From Lingula anatina (taxonomy: Eukaryota; Animalia; Brachiopoda), in assembly GCA_051362555.1 (NCBI GenBank), contig CM120648.1:6320587-6384586 (forward strand): DNA of 64,000 bases. Reading direction: 5' to 3'. Of the stretch, positions 1 to 14,873 are shown in pieces. The notes below the pieces were generated by a model. It was not told the DNA's origin and made no database searches. It saw only the letters and a list, made by a program, of their open reading frames with translations. Position 1 is the first letter of the stretch. Each line of letters begins with the position of its first letter. The position numbers and the translations under genes are program-made.

Positions 1-1566
1 TTGTAGTGCTAGGCATTGACAGAGCCAGGGACGCTAGGTACAGCAAAGCGTGGCGCTCATGGCTGTAAGCGTCAAGCCGGGCGCAGTTTTTCAAAAGAAC
101 TGTAAACCAAAAATTGTCCGAAATATAATTTGAACCAATATAAATCAGTAGTAGTTCACTTAAATTAAGTATATGCCGACCAGTAGCTGGGTAAGGGTGG
201 TGGGTGGGTGGGTGGGCGGGTGGGGGTTCTCAGCAATGGCCACATACACCTACCAGGGCGACAGAATGATTTTCCACAGATATTCACAGATATGTCTATA
301 GATTAAGACTAAGGCTGTGTTCAGAATAGAAGTTATCATAGTACAGTGTAGAAAGGTCGATCTATCGCAGCAGGGATTCTCGCTTAGGCGCAGTCAATGT
401 AATCAGCTGGCACGTCCCCCTGGCAAAGCAACAAGAACAATGTTATGGACCAGAAAGTTTTCCGACTTTTAGTTACGAGGGGGCGTGCCTGTGTGATAAC
501 TTATATTCTGAACACAACCTGAAACGGAAACAAAACTCGGCACAGCTTGCGGTGCGACAGAAAGAACAGATCGAATATGCCTTGTGTGAACGTACACCTT
601 TGCATATACTTTATTAAATCTCACGATCCAACGCCTTCAGTCGATAGAGTAATTTAGATGGAATTAAAAGAGAAAAAAATACTTCGTTATTTGTATGACC
701 TACAGCTTGCTGCCAACACGACTATTCATCAAATACAAAACCCAATTACCGCGGGATATAATCTATAAGAAAAAAATCGACTCTATAGGAACCGACTCGA
801 CCAGGGCCTAAATTTTATACGAAATCCTCCATCCGATGTTATCAATCTACAGCAATGAAGGAATAGTTTTCCAATGGAATTAATAAGATAAAAATCAAAC
901 TTCTTTTGAAAACTAAATTGATGCGTTTATTCTTTGGCAAAGTAGAATGATGCAAGTCCATAATGAGAGAATTTCGATGTGATTTGTAGACCACAAATAC
1001 AGGAAAATGTCTCATTTTGCTATTACTTCTAGAGGCTCTACAATGCAGGAATGAATGAAGGAAGGAAAAGGGAGGGAGGGAGGGGGAGGGAAGGCAGGAA
1101 AGAATGGGCGGTTTTCAAACATTATACAATGTAGGGTCCCACTCTGACTTGTAAGAAGTCACCAGTCTCTTTCGCGCTTAGTGCGCGTGCGCAGGACAGT
1201 TTTGTCCCTGAACGCCCGAGTCGCGCCACACGAGTGAGAGGTGTGATAGAAGTGCTGAAAGATCAAATTAAATAACCCGAAAGTGGAGGAAAGTCAAATA
1301 CTTCTCGTTAACGTTCACTTGGCATTTCAAATGAAGTGTTTGCAATCGCTTTGAAAGTTTATTCAATTGATCGCCACTTCTCGGAAAATCGTTCAAACAA
1401 TTTGGTTAATGTCGGTACATTTTGATATCTTCTTATCAACGTATTCATGCATTCAAATTGGACATCTTTTAAGCAACTCTACTGTCTGTCTGTCTGTCCA
1501 GTTACTCTCAAACTGCTTTGAAGCATGCAAATTGGCGACAAATCCCGATGAGAATCATGATGATGA

Positions 1567-1614
<48 letters not shown>

Positions 1615-2485
1615 TCATAAACAAGTGATTGACGATCCAAGAACTAACCGAAGACTGGTTGTATTTGATGTTTTAAAACATTTCTGATTTAACGAATTAC
1701 GTAGACAGTCGCGTCTTCCGCTCCTCCGTGTTTTGTCTGTTACAAGGAAATAACGACATACGGAGAGGATATGTAATTTTATTGAGTAGTTGCATCGTTT
1801 TTAAGGTTTGAATTGGGACAGATAAGTATAGTTTTGTGAGATATTTAGATATAGTCGAAAATGACTTTCGGAGATTTCCACACGCGGACAGCAGACCTTT
1901 ATCTTTCGCTCCTCTACTTTTAAATTTCCCGGTTGCAAGAAAGGCGATGCATCTTCAGAAAATTCAGTGATTGCTAGTTGATTAACTCTTCGCAAAAATG
2001 TAGTCTCGGATTCGTGTTATGTATCTTTACCCCCTCCCCCCCCCTCCCTCCTGCGTTCATGTGCCACTGACCGTGCAGACTTCAATTGCAATGGACGTCG
2101 GAGGTTCATAATTCACCAGGTGTCCCCAGGGGAGGCATTCTGTTGACAGAAAACTCATAATTCTCTCACAAATGTGCCGAGTGCGTGGGAGTATGTAATA
2201 AAATAAAACAAGCAATATAAATTCCATGCTGGGGTAGAAAGCCCTGGTCGCTATGGTAGCCGTGGTTTGAGCTGAACAAAAGCTCGTTCACTCAGCTCTG
2301 GCTACGGTTCACCCAGTTATGGATGGTTTAATTTATTCCGTATTTTAATGACCCGGTTTTCGGAGAAAGTCTGTATTTTAACAGTTACAAAGTGACAACA
2401 TTTATCCTTGAATATTAGCATGCAAGTACATATACCCCGGGACATCTCTGGGTTTTGGAATCAGGCATATAGCCCTAAATGGACT

Positions 2486-2716
2486 TACACCCCATTTCCA
2501 TAGATTTTTAGATCGATCTATCCCTGTGGGGAGTCTCACTAGATTACTGTCAGCTTGGCCGGCTTAAGCGTCTGTCCCGCCTACTAAAAGCTGTAAGGGG
2601 GTAATTAACTATGGTGCCCGCTCGGCTGACTGCAATTTAGCGTGAACCCCCAGGGAGTTAGGTCGATCTAAAACTTAATCTTTAGATCGATCTAAATCTC
2701 TGGGAAAGTACCCATA
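2486..2716. mobile_element. MITE family with GATCGATCTA subterminal inverted repeats
   Basis: Near-identical copy at 25798-26022. Related fragments near 310-520, 3045-3260, 9630-9710 and 24575-24660. Confidence 0.75.
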
Positions 2717-5700
2717 AAGTATATTTATGAGTGTGTTGTTATAATAAAACTCCCTCAATCTGTTTTTCTTCTTTTCTTCGTCGTCTTCTTCTTCTCCTTC
2801 AAGAAGTTTGTCATTCACAAAGAAGCCGGCATCAAACAGCACTTAGGACAGAAGGAAGACCTTAACTTTAAAAGCTTGATATTTTGGTCTATTTTGACCC
2901 AAGGTGACAAAACTGCGCATGTTAGATAAAAAAAAGTTAATGTTTTATACTAACTATCAATGAAATTATAGTGGACAATACTGAAGTGAAGTCGACCAAA
3001 ATATTGGAAGATTTGTTTAGACCAAGTTTCGGTCTATAAGACTGGGTTCACATAAACCTATCATGCTAGCAGAATCGATCTAACTCCGAGGGGATTCTCG
3101 CTAAATTGCATTCAGTTACAGCGGCTTAGATGTCTATCACGCTCGCTGTTCGCTGCTTGGGGAAAGGGGTAACGAACTTTCGTGCACGCTTAAACTGAAT
3201 CTCCTCGGAGATAGATCGATCCTGCTAGTACGATAGGGTTGTGGGAATGGTTCCTAAGACGTGAATAGACAACGTCCGAAACAGGATCGCTTTGATGCAT
3301 AGCCGTGTTAACGCAACTAAAACGAGCTGTAAGCTGATTGCTACAAAAATCTGTCCTTCCGTGATTGACGGCATCACACAATCGGTCAAATAAGTTCAGA
3401 AATTGACAAAAAAAGTGGCAAGATTTCATGAATAAAACATAAATCACAATCCGTGTATTTCCCCGAGGTCGACAGATGGGAAATTATAGAAAATCCGAAA
3501 ACTAATGAAAACACCAGTTCGGGGTTTTCATATGAAAAATCAAACCAAATTTTCTTGGAAATAGATGGCGGATAGACCCTGGGAATTGTACAGTATTCTG
3601 AAGATAATATCATAAATGTACATATTTGTTTGTGGTTAAGATACAGTATAAGCTTTATTTGCATTCCGATATTGCAGTGGTATTAAAAGGAAAAGATGGG
3701 GGTTTGTTTTGGGTTAAATATAGCAATAAGTGTGCTTGATAGGTATGATATAATTTATTAGTACACGTGGTTCAAAAGAACCACCCCTTTTGCTGGGAAA
3801 AGGTCCACTCTGGGTAAAATTTGATCTAAGTACATGAAGTTTTTATGGAAAAAGGTCCACTTTTTCAGAAAAAGAACCCCCGTTTTGAAATTGCTGGCTA
3901 CGGGCCTGAACTGTATGGATATTCTGACATTGCTTATATTCCGCCCATCAGGTTAATAACTTTGATTACTCTGATTCAGGGGGTGACATTTCTATTGTAG
4001 TGTGTGTAGGTATGGTTCATTTGAAACACCTTTACAATAGAATCTATAACCTGTAAAAACAACGTCGAAATTTGACAGTCTTAAAATGTGATGAAATAAC
4101 ACGGAAGATTCTGTTACAACGAAGTCTCGCAATGACTTATTGATGTCACTATAACCACAATCCAGCAGAATTTAGCATACAAATATTGGAATCTTATTCA
4201 ATTCACGCTTCCCTTAGTATGAGTAGTATAGGTCGATCCTCCTAGATCGATTTAGGTATGGGAATGGGATTCAAGAAGTCTTATATAAGTAATGCATTTA
4301 TTTACAGGCAGAAAACCCCAGTTGACACGACCTCTAATGAGACGGTGACAATCCGTCATGCACAAACAACACCAGCACTGAGATACCTATGGCCATTTCG
4401 TCTTTGTTTACTTAATACTGTATACAAGCACCACCAAAATAGAATCCAGTCGACAGAGCTAAGATTAAATGTTGTATAAGTGACACCCTTGCGTTGTTAG
4501 ACTGTATTATCTGGGATTACGCAGTGTGCACATAAGCCAAACGAAGGTCAAGGCACAGCTAATAAGTGACACTCTGCGGGTGTTGGACGGTATTACTATT
4601 ATCTGGTATTACTAACCGTGCTCATTAGTCTGTACCAAACTTTCAAGAAGGTCAAATACTGGACAAATCAGTGCCATGTAGGTAACACCACTGTCCTTCA
4701 AAACAAGTGCTGGAGAGATATGTTACCTAATTACCCAGGAAATAAATAAATAAATAAATAAATAAATGGTCGAATGAATAACAAAAATTAAGAGTGAAGG
4801 GTCTATACTTGCTTCCCCACATGCACAATTAAATACACGAAACGAACATGCGCTATAATGTTATCAAGTCTTTTCCACAAGTGTTCTTGTTCAGAATAAT
4901 ATGTGTGTGCCACTGTGTATGTTTGTGTGCGTTCAAGCGTGTGCACGTACCTGCGAATGTGAGCGGTTTGAGCTGTGTTGGCGTTTGTCTTTGTTTGTGT
5001 TTGTGTACGCACGTGTTTGAACGCGTGGTATGCAGACAGCTACAAGTGTATATATCAGCTTGTCATAGGCCTAATCTCTCAGAGCTTAAGGTGCGCAAGG
5101 CCCACTTTGCACCCCTTCCCCACCCCCACCCTCACCCCCACTCCCACCCCCACCCCCACCCCTTTTTTATTACACTTCACAGAAAAAATAGTCGTCCAAG
5201 TCGATGGATTCAGCTGGTTTTAATCAAGCCGGAAGGTACAGGGCAAGCATCCTTTATATTACCTTCATATATATAATCATTCTCTCTCCCTACAAATGAA
5301 ATTCATTTATGTAGAAGTACAATAACAATCAGGTGTTTTTTACTGGGTTCAGGAAAGCGGGAAGATTGGGTAGCCACACCGGCACTAATACTTGTTTTTT
5401 TCTTATATCTCTTTCCACAATATTGATTTTAACTAAAATAAACAGGCACTTTTAGTTCGCTCTACCTGGATCTAGTGTGAACTTGTCCGTATAGGTTTTT
5501 ACGAGTGACCTTTAATATCTTAATTAATTTAAATCTTTCTTATTTTTATATTGTTGGAAGGGAACATGCTGTTAGGGCTAGGTGTCATGTGTAGGGCCAT
5601 AAATGCTGGTATCTGCGGTTATGGGGGACAAGAACAATCATCATCTACGGCTTAAGTTGTCAATTGAAGAAAAGATGAATGGTGTTTGGGACTTTGTGAG

Positions 5701-5761
5701 TCCATAATCGTAGATACTTAGTATAGTGTGTTGAGTCTAACGGATGACATCAAGTGCAATG

Positions 5762-5839
5762 TTCTCTCTCTCTCTCTCTCTCTCTCTGGGAACATACACA
5801 TATTAGAGCATCACTTCTTTCGCTCTCAGCACACACACA

Positions 5840-5870
<31 letters not shown>

Positions 5871-5876
5871 GGAAAT

Positions 5877-5948
<72 letters not shown>
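5762..5948. repeat. Compound microsatellite (CT)n/(CA)n/(CT)n/(GT)n
   Basis: Direct reading. Other simple repeats: (GA)n 1571-1610, (AATAT)n 12306-12343, A-run 14832-14871, (TA)n 15068-15122, 21281-21342 and 63953-64000, T-run 27206-27237. Confidence 0.95.
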
Positions 5949-5950
<2 letters not shown>

Positions 5951-7098
5951 ATGGCGTTGAAAATTGATGTACCATTTATATCCACCATTTTAGTTTGGTC
6001 CATTCATGGGTAATATGGTATATAAATAAATAAATGTAAGTCTGACACCATGCACCTTTTATACCATGTATACGTACCGGTATAAATGTAAATGTGGGCC
6101 TTATATTAATGTAGACAGTGAAGGTCTCATAGCAAGACCGAACTCGACATTTAGTTTAAATCAGAAATAAAAAGTTCGTTGTCTCAACAACTGCAATAGG
6201 ATAAATGGTTAGGTCACATTAATTTAATTGTGTTACTTGGGAGGAGCAACACTTTCTCAACTACAGCAATACATGGAAATTGAATCACGGCGCTGTGCTA
6301 TATTGTGTTTGTTGAGATAATTGACTGCAGTTGATCTACAGCAATAGAAACTGACGCAAAAGGGTCTTTTGGGAACAAGTGGTCCCCAAGCAACCCCGTG
6401 ATGAAGAATGAGAACACGCCCTACTCTCATTTTTTAAAATAGGTCCACTTAAGCCACAGGGTGTCACATAACATTATAATCATGTAAAATGAGCCCCCCA
6501 TGCGACGTATAATTTTCGCTCGAGACACTAAGCTTGAAATAAATTCAAAGATAAAGAAAATACGTTTACAATGAGTTGTACATGGACCCCTTGTTCCCTG
6601 CAACAGAATTAAATGAAGTTTTGAGTCCAGCATGACAGGCTCATATCTGTGGAACTTTCCTTAAGGAGACTGTGTATAGATCAAAATTAATAAAGAGATT
6701 TCTTTTCGGTGATCTTCCAGTGGCAACAAGTTAAATGATTTTGAATATAATTTGAGAAGTCCACAATCTCAATTTTATTGGTCAAGCTGACACACCGTGT
6801 GCATACTCCCATGGAAAGGAATTTTGGACAATGATAGTGTTTTTTCCATAATTAAAAAACACATAGCAGATGCTTTTAAAGAAGTCAGTGGTTAGGGAAT
6901 ATAAAAGAAATCCAACATACATATTTTAATTAATTTTATCTAAATCCAATCAGTGAATCTTAATTGGGATGTATCACAGAATGTCATCACAAAACCATTG
7001 TGTGAATGACACATAGAATTTTTCTTTTCTATGAAAAAAAGGCATACTCAGGATAATACAACACAGCTTTTATTTGGTTCAACTAGGTCTATGATCTA

Positions 7099-7408
7099 CA
7101 CACAATGGACAATAGAAGTGTCACCCCCTGAATCAGAGTAATCAAAGTAGGTAGATCTTGAGTAGTTATAATGCCTGGTCTACTTATAATGTAACTAATG
7201 AGTATAAAACCACTGTACTGTACATGTACCATGAAATTGTATTGTTGGTCTTTATGTGAAATTTGATGTAAATAAAATGATACCAGGTGCATATCATTAT
7301 ACAGTCATTTATCTCCCCATTGGACCTAAATAGGAATCTCTTATTATGTCCATGTTTCCCCCAAAGTATTGATTCAGTAGGGGTGACACTTCTGTTGTCC
7401 AGTGTGTG
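7099..7408. mobile_element. TA-flanked MITE (Tc1/mariner-like)
   Basis: TA|CACACAATGGACAATAGAAGTGTCACCCC ... GGGGTGACACTTCTGTTGTCCAGTGTGTG|TA. Related end at 3960-4008. Confidence 0.7.
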
Positions 7409-7759
7409 TAAATAACATTTTTCATGTTGGAAATGAGACTTAGTCACAATTTTTCTCAACATTTAAAAGCGCCTTTTTAATGCTTAGTCTAAGGACCTTA
7501 ACTCAAAAGTGAACCTGGCTGCATACTAAGAGCACATACAGAACAAGTTGATCTGGGGATTTAAAGATCTGCCGACCAATTATGGCTGACCCACTTAGAA
7601 ACGATGCTGCTAATCCCCCGATGGTCTCCCATCCTCCACATGTGCCATGGTTGAATGGTGCCTTGTATTTAAACCTCCAAGCCCAGATTTATTGGGTTTA
7701 ATGGCATGTGTGGAGGTAGGAAAAAACATCAGGGGATTTAGCTGATTGCATTTAAGTCA

Positions 7760-7899
7760 GGGCCCTGTAACTTGAAAGCATCGCGTATTGTGAATAGCGA
7801 TTTCACATAGAGGCTACAGTGTATTATATGGGGCGAGTTATGGAATCGAAACACTTGCGCTCGGTCGCAATGTGCAATGCTTTCAAGTTACGGGGCCCC
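7760..7899. mobile_element. MITE (GGGCCC termini, PIF/Harbinger-like)
   Basis: GGGCCCTGTAACTTGAAAGCAT ... ATGCTTTCAAGTTACGGGGCCC. A second copy at 25751-26090 is interrupted by another MITE. Confidence 0.65.
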
Positions 7900-9078
7900 A
7901 GGTCTGCCATATTTAGTGGGCAGATCTGTCAGTTTACAGATTATCTGTTCTAAATGCACCCTAAGGTTTTAATCAAAATGTTGACAGAGACTGCTGTCAT
8001 GCGTTGGTGAAGTGTGTGCGGGGTTTGCAAGCAAAACAAAAAAAGGTTCATCACACTCCAAACGAAGATTAATTAATTAATTAGAGTAGAGATAATTTGC
8101 AGAAAATTAACCTGTAAAATGGCCGCATTCACAGCCAGTTGGCGTGCATAATAATGGATTCCCGTCTCCCATGCACCTCCTCCCAGCAATGGCAGAGCAA
8201 CTAAATCTTGGCATGTTCTCAAGTGGGATGTGCCACAATAGAACAACTGGCTGTGAACATGGGCGATGACTTTGACAAAACAAGTTGATTGTTAATTTCA
8301 CTTACGAAACAAAAAAACTACCAAAATGAAAATCTAACTCATCATGTGTAAGCTTAAAAAGTAACATCCCTTTACATTAATAATAATATTTCAGACTGTA
8401 TAATGAACTTTTATTTATTATGTACAGTAATATTAAGTTACTACTGCTATAATAATGATCTGGGCCATGAAGCACCAAATTTTATAACTGGCCTCAATAT
8501 AGTAAAATTGTAAAGGACTAAAAAAAAACTGTTTGTTTACAGTCACTTTGAGCAATGGTGTATCTTTCTTCTTCCTGACAACAGAAGTCAAAATGCCATA
8601 AAGATACATGTATGATTAACAGAATTACATACACACTGTCTCAGGACTAGACATTGTCTCTTCTTGAACATAAAAGAGGTAAAAAACAGTGGGAAGACTG
8701 ATGAACTTCAAAAGTAATTTTTCATCTATATAGAACTGATATGTTATGCAAATCACAAGTACCTCATGGGAGCTAATAAAGGCTTTATAAAAAAAATACT
8801 GATGTTTCTGATATCCCACTTCTGACAAAAAATTAGTTCAACCTAGGATATCAAAATCCTTTAAGTGTTTTACTTGAACAACTTATCTTTTCAATTTCAT
8901 TCGTAAACTCTAAACAAAATAAATAAATAAATAAACAAATAAATAAATAAATAAATAAATAACACAAGTGACTTCCTAAGAATATCTAACTTGTACCAAA
9001 TATGATATTAAAATATCAAACTCATAAATAGATTCAAACATAAACATCCTTTGGTATGGCTAAGAAGAATAGTTCTTA

Positions 9079-9500
9079 TCACGGAATATACGTCCTAACT
9101 GTCCCTTCTATGACTCCTCTGCATATAGGGCAGCGTCTTAACGCAGGGGCGCAGTGGGCACATGCAACTAAATGCGCACACGGAAGCAAGAGAACAGAAA
9201 CTTCATTGTCAAGACATATTTTGCATATTCTCTCTTCTTTCAGTTTTCTATTCTCCTCTCTCAGAGTCTGGTACTCCTCTGGCAGTTCTCTAGATGGCGC
9301 TGCTGCTGCTGCTGCTCCTGGTTGCTGCTCATCTTGAGGCTCAGTGTTAGGCTCCTCCTGGGGTAAAGTAAGCGATGAGGCTGCTGAATTTTCATTCAAT
9401 TCTAATTCTCTCATCTCTTGTCTCTTTCTTTCTTCTCTTTCTTTTTCTTCTAGCTCATAGATGGCATCGAGTAATGAGGGGGCATCTGGGAACTCTGATC
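9079..9500 (-). CDS. IAP last coding exon: end of UBA, acidic/helical linker, C3HC4 RING
   Basis: (CT)n-CCAG acceptor. The phase-1 join gives GSEFPDAPSLLDAIYEL..., then LREENRKLKEERICKICLDNEVSVLLLPCAHLVACAHCAPALRRCPICRGVIEGTVRTYIP and stop TGA. The four exons total 1365 nt = 454 aa plus stop. Confidence 0.95.
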
Positions 9501-10552
9501 CTGGAGAGAGAGAGAGAGAGAGAAAACAAAAACATAAAAATGAGGAATTAATTAGTGGAAGAACTCAAAGAAAAGGTGCATAAAACAGCATTGGAGCATC
9601 AAAGTGTAGACTCTTGAATTTGGACACTATGGGCTCATTCCCAATGAAACTATCAATCTACAGAAATCGAGCCAACTTTGCAGGGAACCTAGCTGAATGC
9701 AATCAGTTTACCAGATTAACATGCCTCCTCGTTTCCAACAAGTCCGAATAATCACAAGCTTTTCTGTATTCTATTCAATGCCAGAAGTAGGCCTGTTAGG
9801 CTGACTGTATTCAGCTACGGGCCTGCAGAGGCATATAACATAGGGTGCGTGCACAATGAATCTACTGGGATTTGTTCTGAATGCAATCAAATGAAAAGAT
9901 GAACACTCCTCTTGACAATGAGTAGAAAACAGAAAACCTGGTGATAAAATGAGTACACTGGAAACAAGAGAAGGGGAGCCATTCAGTTTACCTGACTGCA
10001 TCAAAGCAAGAGTCCTTGCAGTCTTGGATCGCTCTACCTAGTATTAAAGCTTAATTGTGAATGCACCCCGCACTTTTCAACAACGAGGAAATCCTATTCC
10101 AATGACTGCATGCATGACACATAGCTTCGAACCCCGCAGCACTTACATGTATACATCACCATGCAGAGATTTCAGTGCCCTCCCCTGTTTTCCAATATTT
10201 CAGTTTTTCTAGATATCTCATAAAGCTATCTAACAAAGACATATTACCTCACATGAACCTAACACACTTTTCAAGCCTTTAAATGGTCTTTTTTTTTCAG
10301 CATTCATAAATATGTGAGTAAAATATCTTACTCACACGTATTTCAAGCTTCTATCACCAATGTACTGGTAATGACATGCAGGTATGCTTTCACGTACATT
10401 ATCCCTGTGATTATATGTCATACACCGCATATAATGGTAACAATTTTTAACTATGAGGTAAGAATGAAGTAATTTTTTTCAGTCAAAAGCTTTATGTGGA
10501 ATGAGGCTATCCAGGGGAATAGCCTCTATTCAGGAGTTATACTTGCACCCCC

Positions 10553-10604
<52 letters not shown>

Positions 10605-12472
10605 TTCCCTGATGAAGACGTAAAATATTGGAGGTAAAAACTATTTTCATTTTAAGCTGCTGAGTAAAGAAAAATTATTTCATTCTCATAACATAAAACA
10701 GCTGATGAAATTCTCAGTGACTATATATAACCATGAGGTGCAGTCAAAAATACCTCTCTCACTAGGTACATAAATAGCACCTTTATCTAGAGATATATGT
10801 AGATTGGCAAAGTAGGGGATTTTTTAACATAATCGCCACAGATAGCCTAGGTAAGACAAAGTGCACTTACCTCTGCCTTACTTACTAGTAAATGATTCAC
10901 ATTCAAAATTTAAACTTTTATGCATACAATTTTTATCAATCACCAACCCTTTTCCTACCAAAATTAGTTCACCATTATGTTCCCAAATGTAGTTAAAGAT
11001 CACCTGACCAGTTAATGCTTAAGACATGTAATGCCAGATTAGGACATACGGTGTCCTAGCTCTTCAAGTCTATGGTACTACTCTATGGACCAAATGAATG
11101 GAACATTCTCCCAAAATTATTGTACTTAAAATTATAATGTCTAAGGACAATTTTAAAGAATAATTTCTTACTAATTTTTTTATAATTATTTTTGTTTACC
11201 TTTGTCTTTTACTATAAATACTACTATCTTAATATTTTATCTGTCTATATTTATTTATTGACATTATTCATCTTATTCTGTTCATTTTAACCCTTGTCAA
11301 GTCTTCTGAACATTTTGTATGGATTTTAGACTATAAATAAATATTATTATTATTATTGCCAGTGGATACATGACAGTCTCTTTCTCTGACAAAGATGCTG
11401 TAGAGACATTAAAATCATTACAACAAGGTTTATCCAGTGCAATATGAGAACATTGGATTTCACGCTGGATTCACTGGCTCACACTTCAATGTCGTGAGAG
11501 GATGACAGGTCCCTGATGATGTCCTTGAGAAAAAGGATGAAATGTCGCAATCTCTGCATAACATCCCATACGAAAAAGTCATATAGGAACCTATAGGATT
11601 CTATAACAAATTGTCCGAATTTCCTATAGGATCCTATAGGATCCTGTAAGAATTTTGCGTTAGGGATCTAGCAGCTGTATATGAGTGTCCAGTATTAGGT
11701 TTAATATCACAACTGGATTATATTTATAATTTACATTTTGATATAAAATACCCCTGTTACCCAACATTTCGTCAACATGTTTACCACTTACATTGAAATA
11801 TGTTTGTGATTATTCAGGGGATTTTAGCTGTACATAGTTATTATGTACAATTATTAACTGCTTGCTTACCTCAGAATACTGATGTCTTAGTAAATATCAC
11901 TTTGGCCGAGATCAGCATATCAATATGTTTACCAAAAGGGAAAGGTCAGTAACTAATTTACTAAAACAGAAGAGGCACAATTCCCATATACCTGCCTCCA
12001 GAGGTCTTCCAGCTGTTACATAATATTGTGAGACTTTCATAACATCTAGAAGTGTTAAAGGTAAACAGTAGACAATACCCCAAGCACTGCACGTACTGCA
12101 GGTGTTTTCCATTCTAAAATTAGTGATGACTCATGTTGATGTAAATACCAAGGCCACAAACTGTTACATATAAGCCAAAAAGTCGCCAAGTCACTGTCAG
12201 AAGACAACCTGGTGACTGACATCAACGTGATACTTGTCAGACACTGATTCAAGGTTGGGATCTCACTGTGCATGACACCAAGAATGTATTTGTGTCAGTT
12301 AATGAAATATAATATAATATAATATAATATAATATAATATAATTTACCCATGTATCCATGACTGGATCATTCAAATAACACCATGCATTTTTGATGCATC
12401 ATTTTAAAATATGATTCAGACACACATGGGTGAGCATGCAAAATAAGAAAAGATGATAGACCTAATCTTTAT

Positions 12473-13180
12473 ACCAGCAGGCATATAATAGTTGCATTGG
12501 ATCAACGTTGAAAACAGGTTGATACGTTGAATTGCCGTTGATCTACCTAAATTCAAAGTTAAATCAATGTTGATCCAGCCACGTTGACTCAACGTTGTAT
12601 TTTGGTCAATGACACAACCTTGCAGTTATGAATTGTAATTTAAAATATTAATCATTAAAAACGTGATACTTTGTTTATCAATACTGTAACTAAATTTATC
12701 AAAATAATAACAAAATGGTTTTAAAGTAAAAGTGACAGTTGTTTTGTGTCTTTAGTTAACTAGTGAATTTTCTTAACTTGTTATTCAGAAATACATTCCA
12801 ATAAACTGAATTGCTTGCAAGGTCAGCTAACATTAGGATGAATAAGTTGCTGTAAATCTGATGGAGTTAACAGTTTTTGGTAAGATCTATATATATTTTG
12901 TAAGATCTATATATATTAATCTAAACCTTGGAAATTTTAACTTAAAGGCCATACATTTATACCCTACATATATTTAGCCATCAAACATGTCCTACTGCTA
13001 AACACATCCAGGCAAATTTCCCGCTGGGTGGGGTTGATATAACATTGTTCTCTGACGTTGATACAACGTTGTTATCTGAGGTTGACACAACTTTCAAATC
13101 CAACGTTTATTCAATGTCTTTTCAACGTTATGGTTCAACGTTGTTTCAACGTTAAAACAACATAATTTGCCCGCTGGGTA
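12473..13180. mobile_element. MITE with AACGTT subrepeats
   Basis: ACCAGCAGGCA ... TGCCCGCTGGGT termini and many CAACGTTG palindromes. Confidence 0.6.
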
Positions 13181-14826
13181 GTTAAAATAAAAGACGGACT
13201 CTGCACTGACTAGAAAGCACACAACGTGAATAAAAAAGTGCATGGGCACTGATAGTGTACTGAATACACTCTGAATACCTAGTAAGACTAAATACTAAGG
13301 AGTGGCTCACATCTTTACTTTGGCCTATCCTTACTAGTACAGTATTGTACTGTTACAACACAATTAAAAGACAGAAATGCCAAGTCATGGCATAAAGAAT
13401 GCCATAATGACAGTACAGAATAATAGAAGTGTATTCTTTTTCTCCACATAGCTGAGTAAATGTTTACTTTTGATGAATCAAAAAGTCAATTATCCACAAT
13501 ACAATAAAGAATCAAGACCAGTCATTCAACAAATAAAAGAGTTCACCTTATTAAGTGCTAAAAAGGAGTCGTGTTAGTCTATAAGGTGTTCCCAGATATT
13601 GTTTCAAACCATTGTGAAGGCGTAAAACAAAACTCTTGTCAACATGCTTATCACATATTCATGTGTAAACATGTTTATGCTAATTCAGATGGGGGTTTTT
13701 AATTTCTAATGCACTATATTGACTTGTTTACAGCAGCATATCGCATGAAAATGTGCTGAGATAAATTTAGCCATTGAATATAACTGCTGGAATAGACCTG
13801 ATATTTTTTAAGTACATGTACATCTGTTTCTTATGTAAGAAGATAAGGTCAGAATAAGCCATACACTAAGTAAAAATGAAAAAAGGAGTATTTATAACCA
13901 TTTGTGGGATCCTTTACTTTGGGTTGGCCTCATTCGCTCATCTGAACCAATCATCTTTAAATAATCAGGGGGGAAAACCCCTCAACACAAAAGATCAGAT
14001 TAAGATGAAGTAGTAGGATTTCCTTAGGCCATTCCCTATGATAAATGCAAAAAACATCTTGAAGACCATCCCCTTCTCTTCAAAGAATAATATCCAGACT
14101 TTACACAATGATCATAATGAACGGTATTTACTGGTACTAGGACAAAGGGTATGTATAAAAACACAATGTGGTTTTAAACAATTCAATTATATCAACATCA
14201 TTAATGACAGGGAAAAAACCCCAACATACAATGCATATTTTTTGCTTTATGGCTGGACCAGGCAACAAAAAGGGCAATAAAACGTCCCCAAAATTTTATA
14301 AAAGAAGATTCTTGTGGCTTGCCCCCTCTAAGACCCTTTTGTCATGGAGGGGGATAACTTTATGGACTCAGTCTGGATTGGTAACCCACAAAGTGAACCA
14401 GACCAGACTGGTTTAGTACTATTTATATACAGCTCCGTGAACTGAGCCTATCTCAGGGGCAGATTAAGTCTGTCTTCTCTATCTTCTTCAAGATGGTCAG
14501 ATTTTCAAGTTTACATTGATGGGTATTTAATTTTTTTCCTTCAGAAGATGGTCAAAAATGGAGAGGGGATCAACAAAGATAATTTGGAAGACTGTCAGAA
14601 AATATTTCTAGATCCGACCCTGCATCTTGTCTTTCATGTTTTCACATACTATTGTAGGCTATATCTCTAGTACAGATTAAAACCTAGTGTTCTTTTTCAC
14701 CGTGAGGCATTATCTAGGAAAACATGTTATATGAACGTGTGTAAAAAAAGCCCTTGAAAGCCTTGCAATAAAGACTGAAATAAAGACTCTTGATTATGAC
14801 CTGGAAATAGAATGGTGCTGCTATAT

Positions 14827-14873
<47 letters not shown>

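Noticed and set aside
1181-1193. NRF1-like TGCGCGTGCGCA motif suggesting a promoter
   Set aside because: Single motif with no gene or exon I could link to it.
4803-6003. ORFs rich in HT, CV, SL and PH dipeptides
   Set aside because: Microsatellite-derived open frames.
9056-9366. Plus-strand ORFs over the RING exon (and similar ones over the BIR and caspase exons)
   Set aside because: Antisense shadows of real coding exons.
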